A stretch of 63,438 bases of DNA, counting the filler, from Phoronis australis (Eukaryota > Animalia > Phoronida): the NCBI GenBank assembly GCA_002633005.1. It is 6 parts of 6 records of this genome, joined end to end, with 100 filler letters (N's around TTAATTAATTAA, not from the genome) between each part and the next. Parts side by side here need not be neighbours in the genome. Positions count along the whole stretch, not along the records: positions 7,003 to 29,351 come from NMRA01000831.1; positions 29,452 to 38,218 come from NMRA01001867.1; positions 38,319 to 61,001 come from NMRA01000402.1; 3 more parts are not named here. The stretch is one strand, 5' to 3'. The notes under the pieces are model-generated. The model saw nothing but the letters and a program-made list of their open reading frames with translations. It was not told where the DNA came from and ran no database searches. This document shows, in pieces, positions 26,595-39,100 of the stretch. A program made the position numbers and the translations under genes. Position 1 is the first letter of the stretch, and the number at the start of each line of letters is the position of its first letter.

Positions 26595-26745
26595 GCGTAG
26601 TTGTGTTCCGTGTTGCTCCAACGCTGCGATAGAAAAACACGGACATTCAACTGTCTTTTTTTACAATCCTTAAAGACGTTGAGCAGATTGAGAAGCGTTG
26701 GGTCGTTGCCATACGCCGCGAGGAAAGAAAATATTTCCGGGTAAA
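26595..26745 (+). pseudogene. Degenerate THAP-domain fragment
   Basis: SCVPCCSN...VFF...KRWVVAIRREERKYFRV across frameshifts. Confidence 0.55.
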
Positions 26746-27469
26746 ATTGATAAAGTTTTTCCTAAGTTCGATCACATTTTGTCGCATCTCGGTTGCCGAG
26801 CATCATAGCAACGACCGGTGAATCTTCGGCCAGCCAGGTTTTGTTTTTATGATTTCGGGTTGGAACATGATGCATTTCTTTCCAAAAAGGACATTGCCCT
26901 CGATTTTGAGACCCAATATCGACCCTATATATTCCCTCTCAAAAATATTGAAAGTTACGCGAAACCCCTCCCCCTAGGAGGCCTAAACCATTCCCCTAAA
27001 GTGATTGAAAATTTTCCCTCGAAGTTCAAATCACCTGTAACCACACAGGTGACAATTTGAAAGAGCACAAAATGGTACTTGAGACAGAGGCTATGAGAGC
27101 TTGCAACAGGGAGGGGGTGCTATTGTAATGAGGATCGGGAGGTAGAACGCATTTTCAGCTCACTCTGCGAAAAAAAAACCTCAGTCTCAGAAAGCACGGG
27201 CACCTTTCCCCTCAGATGAACGAAGACCTTGAAGAAACATGACAACTATGCTTGCTCTGTCCAGTTAACTGGAATTGAGCTCTAAAACGAGACAGGTTAT
27301 TTTTTAGTATTTATTTGGACGAACGAACTAAGTGCGGCGTATGGGACTAAAGTTCTGGCACACACAGTCTTCCTTTTAGTCTATTTAGAAAAGTCTAAAT
27401 CAGGCAGTAGTAAATTTTGTCAGGTCACTGCAACACCTAATTGATTCAGGCAATTTGTTCCATCTCGAT

Positions 27470-27735
27470 TGTGCATGGAGTTTAGCCAGTATCACTACCA
27501 GCAAAGGCAAATCCACAAGCAGACCGATCACAAAACTTTATCCATTGGAAGTTAGGACTACTACAGAAGAACTACGAGAGCCAATTAACGACATTACTCT
27601 TCGACCAGTACGTAATGCTGCGAGGAAAGCATTAGACAACATAAAAGCAATCCATTATATGGAAAACGCTAAAAATTCTGGCTAAATATTCAGCTTTTTT
27701 GCGGCGCGGGAGTGTCATGAAATCCGTGACATTCA
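27470..27735 (+). mobile_element. BEL/Pao LTR retrotransposon 3' fragment (integrase tail, PPT, start of LTR)
   Basis: TSKGKSTSRPITKLYPLEV...RPVRNAARKA; purine-rich GCGGCGCGGGAG immediately followed by TGT at 27713. Confidence 0.75.
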
Positions 27736-27737
27736 TG

Positions 27738-27818
<81 letters not shown>
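27738..27818. repeat. (TACATA)n/(TA)n microsatellite
   Basis: Directly visible. Confidence 0.95.
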
Positions 27819-27821
<3 letters not shown>

Positions 27822-27859
27822 CTTAGTACGTTAGTCTGATAGTATTATTGATATTATTT

Positions 27860-28140
27860 CTTTGCTAGCCAATTGTTTGTGTTTATAGTTGGCTTGGGCT
27901 GACAGGGTCTGAGAAGCCATAGTCCACAATAACTTTGGCTTGAACACAACACCAAGATACTTGTAGCTGGCATGGAAATCACTTCGAGTTTTTCACCTCC
28001 AAAATACCACATCTCGCAATTTCTCAAGGGACCTCCGTTTCTAAACACCATAACTGTGGTCTTCACTAAATTTACAGACACGCCCCATTCCTGGCAGAAC
28101 TTACTTAAAGCACACAGTAGTTTTTGCAGCTTAACTGGAG
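27860..28140 (-). mobile_element. LINE reverse-transcriptase fragment (frameshifted)
   Basis: LSKFCQEWGVSVNLVKTTVMVFRNGG...WYFGGEKLEVIS..YKYLGVVF. Confidence 0.8.
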
Positions 28141-29451
28141 ATTAAGTACACAAAGCATATCACAAAACTTTCACATCGGAAACATTTTGACATAGAAGAA
28201 TACCATCGTCATTACTAGAATGGATACATTCTACAGAGTCATTAGGTTTTTAAATAATCACCATGAACTCCAATAATAAACTTTCAAAGACAAGTGACTG
28301 TGTAGACTCGATCCGACACGTGCTCTGTAATGAAACCTTGGACAAGTGTAGTATTGAAACAAATGCTCAAATTTTACATAATGTTAAACTCGATAGTTGT
28401 TTTTTTTTGTAAGTTGCATAGAAACTTAATTGTGCCACAGTAACAATTCAGTGGCGGATCTACGTTTTCAGTAAGGGGGGGTTTAGGATTCCCGCCAAGA
28501 TCGAATCCTAGGCGCGTAGCGCCGAGCGGGGGAAGGTCGGGAGGGGAAACCCCCCTCCCGTGTAAGATATTTTTTGTTTTTGTAGCCAAATAGTGAAATT
28601 TCCATGCATCCTGGTAAGTTTCTGTCACTTAACATGTCTCTGGAGTTTTTCTTAAGATAATTAAAAACCGTTCTCGATTTCGTCACATGAATTTGGCACA
28701 TAAATTTCTTCAGTTGAAACCATATTGTGCACATCTGGGTATGAGTCACGCCACCAGCAAAAATTTTTGTTGGAACATCTGCTTACACACACCTTTGTTA
28801 GCATACGAAAGGTCGTATACGAAAAAGTTTGGTGTGTATACAGGGGTTTAGACAATTTCCAAATATTCAGGAGCACCGACAGGGCGTAAAAACTTGAATA
28901 TCAGATGATCGCGTAACAGCAGCCTCAAGTTGTTTAAGAACGAAGACCTGTACTGTTAGTCCGGAAATAAACATGTGTTCTGTCTCGTTACGAGAAATAC
29001 TGGCGAACGATGGTGCTCTCAACTCATAGTCTATTATAAAAAGCGACAATAAATAATTAGGTATCACTTTATTAAGCTGAATCACGTTGACAACAATTGA
29101 AAAATGTCAAATCTATCAGGAAACAAATCATCTGAAAACAGTTTCACGAAACCAAAACATCCTGTGCACAGTGGTGAAAAGATACACTGGACTAGTTTGC
29201 AGAGGGACCAGATGTACACAAAGAGTACACAGAAAGCTGACCTGGTCCGTCACGAGACCAAGAGTACACTGACCTGTGCTTATTATCCCTATAAAAATAG
29301 TCGATCTGTCGCGGGACCAAACAGTACTGGCTGAGATAAATAGTTTTACAANNNNNNNNNNNNNNNNNNNNNNNNNNNNNNNNNNNNNNNNNNNNTTAAT
29401 TAATTAANNNNNNNNNNNNNNNNNNNNNNNNNNNNNNNNNNNNNNNNNNNN

Positions 29452-30339
29452 ATGTCTTCTTTCAAGAAATTGAACAAGACCATGTGTGATCATAATCACT
29501 GAAACCTGTATAGAATTTGATTGCCCCTACTTTATTTGTTATGCGGTCCAAAAGAACTTTTTCAGTTGACAGCTTTTTTCTTGTGCTTTCCAATTCAAGG
29601 TTAGCAATATGATATTTGCACCTAAGTCCTAGCTTCCTGATTCATGCGTTTTACAGATAGCATTTGCTGTTTCAGTTCATTCAACTCTGTTCTCACTTGA
29701 GTGAGTTCAGCTTCAAAGTCAAGAACTTTGCCTGACCTAACTTCGATTGCTTCATTTTTTTGCTTTATAATGCCAAGCAAGTCCTCTCTCTCATTTGTAA
29801 ACACAGCGTAGCTATGATCAGCGACCGTGTGACCGAGGGCACGACTGTTGTCATTTTCAGTATTGGGCAATCGGCATTGATTTCGAAATCTCCGCCACTG
29901 GTTTCATTCAAGTTGAGAGTTCTTGGGTGGTTTATTTCTTCTGTATCTTTCGTTGTGGAATTCTAGAGACGATAGTTTTAAGAGGGAGTTCCATCGGAAT
30001 GTTGTTCTCATACATCTTTTTTCCATCAGGAAAATGTTCACTGCACACACGATGGCCCGTGTTGGTTTGAATTCACTAAATCTCCTCTTACTTCCAGCTC
30101 TCCCAATGTTCTTTATCCATTTTTCACGAAATTCTTGGTTTGCAGGGAACATATAAAAACTCAAATTTGTATCTCTCTTGCTGTTTTTGAAGCAGCCAGG
30201 AACACAACAAGAGGAAGTTTTCTTCGCGCTCATATTGCGTATTATGCTTTTTAATGTGGCCACTTTCGGAATCCTGACCACAACACCCACAATGCACCAT
30301 TTTAACCTAGTTTCAATATGGCGTCGCTGCAAATTCTCT
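29452..30339 (-). mobile_element. THAP-containing DNA transposon relic (ISL2EU/Harbinger-related): THAP, DHSY motif, coiled coil, KFYTGF
   Basis: ATG 30233 MSAKKTSSCCVPGC...FP...WIKNIGR, 1-nt frameshift, then GHRVCSEHF; ADHSY; heptad coiled coil; AIKFYTGF. Candidate terminus AT|AGAGAATTTG at 30339. Confidence 0.75.
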
Positions 30340-31061
30340 ATTGATTAGTCGATGTGAGAACCCACACAGCTGTGGCAACAATCAAGTTATTTCCCTTTTT
30401 GAGTTATCTAAAGACCCTTTGTTGGCCAAAAGCTGAAATAGCATGCATAAATGGAAATGGCTCTTGTATGGGACTGTCTTTAGCTAATAATCTGTGTCTG
30501 ATATGTCAGTAACTTGTTCAAATATCACTGTAACGAGGTGATGATAAGTGGGGAGATAATAAGATGCACTACTGTTGCATTACAAGTTTTATGAATTTAT
30601 AGAAGTCCTGATTTATACTTGTCTTGTAAGTATCACCAAGCCACACCCCTGTAACAAAAATGTTGCTGAATCGAATCATGTTTTCCTTCCTAAAAATGTA
30701 GCTGTCATGCTATCTAGTGTTTATAGGCAGGGAACTATAGTGAGAGAGTTGCAACTATGCTGAAATGTTGAATTATTTGAGACTGGAACCCAAATATCCA
30801 ATTTTCCATTACGTAAGTAAAGTTTTCTCACACTGAAGACTGGTATTGTTGAATCAATGCCATTTGATGAAGAATCATTCCCGTATGAACTGTCTAGAAA
30901 GATTTGGTACTCCAGATTTTCCTTCCTTAGAATATTTTTTCAACGGAGGGCGAGTATAACCAAACATGATGACAGTTGGCTCAGATGATAGCAGTATAAG
31001 ATTTTTTTCCATATCTCCAAGTTTCAAACTTCATTAAATCATTTGTTCCCATGACTTTCAG

Positions 31062-31373
31062 CTGCTGGTGATTTCATTACCACAACCACATGTCTAGGGT
31101 CCACAGTTAACCTCACATGTCCGCAGGCAGTCAACACAAGCCAGACTCTGATAGAAGTCGTTACTGCCTCCTTCGGCATAACCATAACAGGTGTTTGCAA
31201 TGCAACATCCATACAGACCTGCCCCAGTAATGGTACAGACGAGGCCATTGTTCGCAACGAGTGCCAGTACAAGATGTTCTGTAGTGTCACACCAACCAAT
31301 CAATACTTTGGGAGTCCGTGTCCAACTAACATTAGCAGTGACCCGTTTCTTATTGTGATGTACTTGTGCTCAG
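31062..31373 (+). CDS. Exon encoding a divergent SUEL/D-galactoside-L-rhamnose-binding lectin domain
   Basis: TTTCAG|...|GTAAG, 312 nt, phase 1-1. Eight Cys in SUEL spacing: CLGSTVNLTC...ASFG...C...C...CQYKMFCSV...FGSPC...FLIVMYLC. Confidence 0.8.
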
Positions 31374-33896
31374 GTAAGTGTATTTCAGTTGTGATAATTC
31401 AGTTCCTAATGGCCTGTATGAAGAAAATTCACGGAAACATTTTTTTGCGGCGTAATCTGCTTAAGTTTTCTCAGTATGATCACATGATGTTTCAGTTTAT
31501 GGCTTCAGGTGACATTTTTTGCAGTTGTGAGAACAGCTAATCTCTTTCCATTTTATGAGCTGGCATATTTCTTGTATGTGTGCCATTATGTTGTCATCCC
31601 CGTCCATCTAGCGTCTGCTGCTCTATCTCTATAACCCTTCAATATAATTATGTTCATGAAATTAATATACAGATAATCTTCCTTCCATGGATGGGATGAC
31701 ATGAGCAAATCCGACCTCCTTGTGCTCCCAGTGACAATATTAGTTTTTTACCTACTTTACCTTAACAAAGTTTGTATCTTTGGAGGTTCTCAACTGATTT
31801 TCACGAAATATGACAAATAGGTATCTATCGAGATGATATTATCTTCCCATTTTCAGATGGATTCAAAGTATTGTGTGCTACCTAGTCACGATTTTTTTGT
31901 TTTTGAAGCTGTTTTTGGCCTCTGGTCCTCCATCTACCAAACCATTTTAAGGATTATTGTGAAAATTGGCATCTATGTTCCTACTGCAAAGAGGATGGCT
32001 GATGTTTATTTACGGACTACTTCGATCACTGTAACGCCCCTAGTGACACTGTTGTTTTTTGCATCCATGGCTGTATCTCCTAACTGCTGAAGTTTTTTTA
32101 AATTTGGCAAGCGTATAATATGAAGTTGATAACAAATGATGACAACTTTTGAATGGATCCAACTAATGTGCCCCTCATGACAATTTCATTTTTCACATTT
32201 TCCACTGACTTTGAAGTTCCTTGATGAATTTTTATGAAACTTGGTAAAATTAATAAGTTTCTGTTAAAGAATCGATGACACGTTCCTGTTATTGGATGGA
32301 TTTGGTGTATTATTTACGACATCTAATGGCCATTTTTACACATCAGTTTTTGGTGTCCGCCCCTCTAGTGGCAATTTTACTGTTTATGCTAATGTGAACT
32401 CTCCTGTTGAAGAAACTGATAACATTGCTTTCCATATTATGTGTCTGGCTGCACCATCAGGTTCAATTTTGTGTTTTAACCCACGGTTGTTGACATTCCT
32501 TTAGATGTTACATTCGTTATGTATGTTCCTATGGTGAAGATGATGTTGCACTGTGTTAATTTTAAATAATGAGCACTGTGTTCACCACAGTATGTTTTGT
32601 GTTACTGCAAGAAAATGATAGAAGAGTTCCGAGTTGAATTTGTTTCAGGCATACTAATGCTATGCTAGGGTGTCATATATTTTATTCTGGGTTTCTGTTG
32701 TTCTTCAAGCAACTTTTTTCAATGCATAAGATGTGCTTGCAGTATGAAGATCACTAACAGTTTAACCCCTAGTCTACTGGGGAGACAACAACGCCGCCTT
32801 CAAATTTTTGCAAAGTATGACGTATGATGTGCCATTTACTGGCCCACCCTAATACAGCCACATACCTCGTCGTCTACAAGACCTACGTTTGTGCTCCATT
32901 TTTCCAACCTCCCATCCACATTTTTTCTTTTTCTTGTTATACATTACCTGTAAAGGACTTTTGTAAGTTTGTTTTGTTTATAATCTGTACATTTTCTTTA
33001 GACTCCTTCAGGCAGTTCTTTTGTCTTTTGTTTTGGTTCCATCATTAAGAGCTATTCATTGTTCACGCCGGTGGCATTTTTTCCATGCCCATCTTGCAAA
33101 GTCTTATTTAGTTCTACTTATATCATAATAAATGACATTCTCAATCCTCATCTTGTCTTACTCTGCAACAGCTCATGGCATACGCTGGGCAAAACAGATT
33201 ACAATATAAAGTACATTATTCAGAATTTTATCACAAATGTATTGTTTGACAAGTGTACAGTGTGGATGGCACATCACCCACACCAGTTGATTTCTGGGCA
33301 GATTTCATTTGCCCACTGTATTAACCCTCAGTGGTCATTTTGGTCTCGACGGTGCTTGTTCAGCACTTTTTAAGGCTAGGCGAAACATTTCCAGATTGTG
33401 TATAGAGAACTGATTAATGGATTTCGTTGAGGCGTCACACAGAATATATGTGAAATTGTGGCGGCACCAGCTGGTTTTTAGACAAATTTGATTTCTGTAG
33501 CACTGGTACGTGCAAGCTTGTAAGGCGTCACTGGGGTGGTGCACCACACTTTTCAATCTTCTATAGCTGCCTTTGGGACCAGGATTCATGGCTTTTCAGT
33601 TGGGGTATTCAGGGTTTTGTATGATGATTTTAGCATTAAGACTTAATTTTTCTAGATACCCATAATTCATTAATAGTACTTTATATATACTTAAGACGGA
33701 GTTCTAAAATTCCAGGGAATTTTGTATATAGTTTTAAGCAATTGGTAGTGTTTGCCTAATATTTACTGTTTAAAGTTTGTCATTCTAGTTGTGTGTCAAA
33801 ACATGTATATACTTTTGTAACTTCTAGCATCATGGAATCATTATATGTTGTCAGCATTGCAAATAAACATATTTTCTCATGAATACATCCTTTCAG

Positions 33897-34073
33897 AGTT
33901 TTTCTGCAAGGACCCAGGTAACGTGACCCACGGTAGTCGCCATCTTGATTCACTCAGTGCTGGCTCTAACGTGACCTACACATGTGACACAGGCTACGAA
34001 GTCACTTCTGGAGATGCGTTGCGAACATGTCATCCCAGTGGGACATGGACAGGAGTGTTACCAACTTGTACAG
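33897..34073 (+). CDS. Exon encoding a Sushi/CCP domain, probably the same gene as the SUEL exon
   Basis: CKDPGNVTHG...VTYTCDTGYEVTSGDALRTCHPSGTWTGVLPTC; 177 nt, phase 1-1, AG/GT bounded. Confidence 0.85.
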
Positions 34074-34847
34074 GTGCCATTTATATGTGGTTCAATAAAC
34101 CAACTTTTGATCTATTAAGCCACTCACTGTTATAAAATCAGTCTCATTTTGTTTCAACCTTCATTGACTTTTTTCCAATATGTTTGTTGCCCTTCATAGC
34201 AATGCTTTAAATGCATTTCATGCGCTAACTACGCAAGTTGTGAAGTTTTTTTTCTGTTGATATTTGATTATGTTGAAAATCTATCACATTACGGCGTTTT
34301 CCCGTTGTCCCAACTTGTTCAATTCTATACCCCAACAAGAAGTTGGGAAGATCACCCCTGTAGCCAATATCTTACATGACTGATTACCTCCATTCTGGCT
34401 TGTATGGTTGGAGGGCCAGTTTCTCTAATCTCCAATAAGAGCGTATCTAGCCTGACTGGGCTGTGCTGTTAAAAACAAAAGTTAAGTTATAATATATTTG
34501 AACATAAACCAATAGCATTTCTGAATTCCTCGTCAAATGCTGATCATGTTTAGTTTTTGAATTGCCAAAATCGCCCAACTACAACCGAAGTTACGACTAG
34601 CTATTCTTTCCGAATGCTCTGGTTTTACGGGTCCGCGCCATGTTTTTAAGCTATAAAAACTTCCTGTTTATATTTTTCCTTGACTGAAAGCAATTGAACT
34701 ATTATTCACTTGGAATTGTTAAGTGGTGCCTGTAGATTGTTACACAGATGTCTTGAAAAAAAGATTCCGATTTACCACCCTCATTTAGTAGTTTTACTAC
34801 ACTGCCCCCCGTTATGCCATTTTGAGGTTATATTCAATACACTGCTA

Positions 34848-36182
34848 CCGTATTTGCCGTAATAACCGCCCATGCCCCTATAAGCGCCCCCCCCACGCAT
34901 TTTCAGACTTTGCTAAAATAAGCGCCCAGTCCATGAACGTGTACGTGCGAAAAATGCCTTACCTACAGTCCTAAAATTCTACAGTAACGTCTTCAATTTA
35001 TCAATAATAACCGACAGTCCTGAAAAAAATCATTGTGCGCAGAATTTGTAGACCACGAGCCTTGCCGCTATGTCGGTATTTAGCCGTGACTATACACTTC
35101 AAACTTCCGCCATGCCTCAAAATGAACATTGCGAGGACCAATGGTCTGGCCTTTCAGAACAGAAGTATTAGTGTACTTGTTTTCGGGATTGCTTTGTAGA
35201 TATTTCTCGCTTTCAACAGGAATCCAAATTTCTTTGTAGGCCTACACGTGAAAACCGTGAATCGAAGACTAATAAAAAGCTTGGCCAGTGTTAAAAGTAC
35301 GTGGCCAGGAAGCGCGCGCTACATACATGAACCTGTCATCAAAGACATTAGTCGGGAACTATCCATTCATGAAAAGGGTAGCACACCATCGGCAAGAAAT
35401 GGATATTGGCACTAATTTCCGACAGTTTCTAATGCTATAAAAAATGTTTGCGTTATTTTTAAGATGAATTGTTTTATTAACCATAATTGGTGTTTTTAAG
35501 CCAAATATCCGATATAATGACCACTGACAGTGAATGCTTACACACCCTTACACCAAAAAATAACTGTCAGATAGTCACGTACGCATCCAGCCACACGGCG
35601 ACTGATATGGCCTTACGGAGATAAATGTCAAACGTTTTTAGCGACATGAGACCGGCAAGTGCTGAATGAAACACGCTCTGGTTTAGGCCTACTGCTTGTG
35701 CAAATTTCTTTAGATGCAATGCACATCTAGCTCGTTAGATTGCGTGGCTTTGGCCAATAGACGGTATCTGCTTTGGCAAATGAACTTTGGTGACGCGCTC
35801 GCTTACTCACAAATGCAGACAACTTCAAAACAAACGTCACGTGACAACAACATGTGTGTTCGTCCAGACATTTTTCTCATGTTGCCCATCATACATGTAG
35901 ATGGCACGATGTACTAGTACAGATTTGTACTTAAACCTTCCGTGATCCCGACTCCACGGGAACTTAAAAATATTAGCAGCAAAGTTTGATAGCAATGCAC
36001 CACGGTTTTGTTGAAAGTCTTTTCATAGATTACTGATATGTCACAGAACGTAAATATGATGAATCTTAGCTTCCAATTTCACCCGTTTCGGAGACCGGGT
36101 TTCAACGGGCTTGGGTTATAATAAGTGCCCCCCCAAAACGAACTTTTCTAAGCACCCTGGGCAGTTATTACGACGAATACGG
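34848..36182. mobile_element. Tc1/mariner(pogo)-like MITE with TA TSD
   Basis: TA|CCGTATTTGCCGTAATAACCGCCCA ... TGGGCAGTTATTACGACGAATACGG|TA; related copies near 6700 and 61110. Confidence 0.8.
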
Positions 36183-39100
36183 TATACGAAGTCTGCCCCC
36201 ACTGCTATGAGAATGAAACTTAGCCAAAATGTTGACAAAACATGTTACTTTCATTGTATAAATTTTAAATAAAAACTTTGTCAGCCAGTTTGTTAGTTTT
36301 ACATTTTGGCACCTCAAATGTACTAAAATTAGAAATTTTCAAATATCTGAGATCGCTGCGTGAGCACGTAAAATCAAATTGTCCTTAATGTTTTTCGATA
36401 TTTTGCAATGTGTTTGTTCCTCCTGAATGTTTTACTACTTAACCACCTAGGACAGACTATAGTACTCCTAGATACCATTTGCTCTATTTTTTAAAAAGCC
36501 GATTATGTCCTCCCTAGTCTACGGGGTTAGACATGAACTCAACAAATGTAAGTTATTTTGATTTACAGTTGTTCTTTACACCTTTCAAGTCAGATTTTCT
36601 GTTGACCAAATGTTCGTGCAATGCATTGTAATATCAAATGAATGATAGTTTAGTGGCATGAACACAATTTTTCATACGACTTAAAACAAAAGACCGCAGA
36701 AATTTTCCTGACGAAATGCCGGGTTTGTAGTTCTCTAAAAACATTCTAATGGCAAGAGAAACTCCACCACTGTCCATGGCAACTTGTCGCATGTATCGCC
36801 TATCGGTCGCATCATTGTTTTCCTTTGTTGTGTCGTTGGATATAGCAACACAGGTCGCATGGATATAGAACCTTGCTCACCATTATCTTTACTATAACAT
36901 CAATGGAAACAATGACGATGCTAATCTATGCGACCAGGTTTCCCGTGGATGACCACGGAAGGGGAATCCCAAAGTATCCACAAAAACTTATCATGCACCT
37001 CAGTAACTCTTACCGCGCACACGAATCCTTTCCGTGGAACCTAAACACCAATTTTTGATATCCACGTATTGTGTTGTATTGCTCATGGTACGAGTTCAGA
37101 TTTGGTTGTATTAAGATATCAATCCCCAACCCTGTAATATGTAGTTTGAGTAAAATTTTCACGTAATGAAGTTTATGGATTTATTCTCTTTTAAATGAAG
37201 AGTAAACATCAAAGTCTGCACTGGTTTTTAAAAAGTAATGCGGAAACATAAATTCAGATCAATTTCACAATTTCAAGGAAAAGAAACAGTACAGTGGTCA
37301 TAAATCATGAAACAAATGTCTACCGTACTTGTCCGCGTTACCGCCTAGGGTGCTTAAATTGGGAATCTAAAAAAACGGCATGGGCGGTAAGCCAAGCATT
37401 GGCAGTTAAAATCGAAATTTTTGAAAAAGTCTGGAGTTGTTGCTTACTGCGCGGAGGACCGATTTTATCGTCACGGAGCTACACTGACGTTGGACTTCAA
37501 GCATATCAGTTAAAATATAGGTCGGGGGATTGAAGTAACCGACATTGATGGCCTGAAGTGGAATAGCGCACACGATACAGTGGCGTCGTGATCTCGAGCG
37601 CGATTGGGTTTTTACGTACCTTAGGCTTAGCAGACAGACTACTTCTCAGACTCAGGAGGACACGTTCCACCCTCTTCACAATTCCATTCACTTTTAAGGT
37701 TCTCAAATGTCTCGCTATATTTCTTGTGCATTCTCCAAGAGTTTTCAAAGTTGTTTCTCTCGGCAATTTGTAAAAATACCACAACTGATGCGACTGGCAG
37801 TGCCAGATAAATTCGCAAACCTGCACTTCAGATCAGCCATCATTCAACTAATGCATATTGTATACTTTAGTTTGGTATTCAATGAGTTGGATGAACAATG
37901 CTAGTATAATTTCATATTTTAATAGGGTCTGCTTGTATCCTTATAATTAATTAAAAACATTTGACCAAACCAATTGTTTTAATTGTTGTATTATACGATG
38001 GCATTTTAATGCGTAGAAATGGCACACAATTAGTGGCTGGTTCAACAAGACAAATACACAAGTCATATATTATGTGCGGTCTGAAAATAGTGAAATTCGG
38101 ATACCTATTACCAAGCCTGCCTGAAGGGCTGACAAAGTTTTTTTGTCTTAATTTCAAGGGCATGGAGTCTTCTACATGCCCATGTTATTATTTTCAGTTT
38201 TCTCGTGGAGGCAGCTTCNNNNNNNNNNNNNNNNNNNNNNNNNNNNNNNNNNNNNNNNNNNNTTAATTAATTAANNNNNNNNNNNNNNNNNNNNNNNNNN
38301 NNNNNNNNNNNNNNNNNNGACTGGTTTAACATGACAAATACACATACGCGGTCTGAAAATAGTGAAATTCAGACACCTATTACCAAGACTGCCTGAAGGG
38401 CTGACAAAGTTTTTATTGTATTAATTTCAAGGGCATGGAGTCTTCTACATGTCCATGTTATTATTTTTGGTTTTCTCGCGGGGGCAGCTTCGCTATAAGG
38501 GTACAGCTTACTGCTGGTGTTTCACAAGACGGAAACGTACCTCCACGGAAACAGTTCCAGTGTTACCATGGTAACCGATATTGCAGTGTCGGTGCCGTTT
38601 TTACTGACATTGGTCATGAACCTATCATGTGATATCAAAATTGTACAGAAACGATTCTGTTTGAAGCAGTAACTGGAGTAGAAAATTTGGTCAAAAATGA
38701 CTCATTCCACACCATGATATTGCCTCATTTTGCCTCCCAGAACACTTCCCTTGTATCTCCTAAACCACCAAACTTTGTGGTGTCATACTTCACCCATTTT
38801 CTCTCATCCCTAATGTGATTTATCAGACTAAACACGGATCTGAATGGTTGACCCCCCACCTTGCCGCTTGTTGGCTGTATTGTGGTCGGTGGATCCGTGG
38901 ACTGATACTTAAGAATCGGTCGAGAAAAGTTAATTATCACGGACATCAGGTCGTCAACGTAGAAACACGAGGTAAGTGAGGACGCTGTGTGAGTGGTCAT
39001 TTTTATATCTGTTTCATCAGGACAACTAAATGAACATATGGATTTTTAATAGTGAACACACTGCGCGTGAGCCCGAAAATTAGCCCTACCGAGTTTTTAC

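Noticed and set aside
32762-36530. Possible piggyBac-like ends (TTAACCCC... / ...GGGGTTAG) capturing the Sushi exon
   Set aside because: The ends are only loosely complementary and the right TTAA is absent.
37506-37840. Cys-containing minus-strand ORF pieces, possibly the N-terminus of a transposon protein
   Set aside because: Frameshifted, and I cannot assign a family with confidence.
38030-38492. About 170-bp direct repeat on either side of a gap
   Set aside because: Contig-end overlap flanking the scaffold gap.
38725-39000. FYVDD motif suggesting reverse transcriptase
   Set aside because: The surrounding residues show no other RT motifs.
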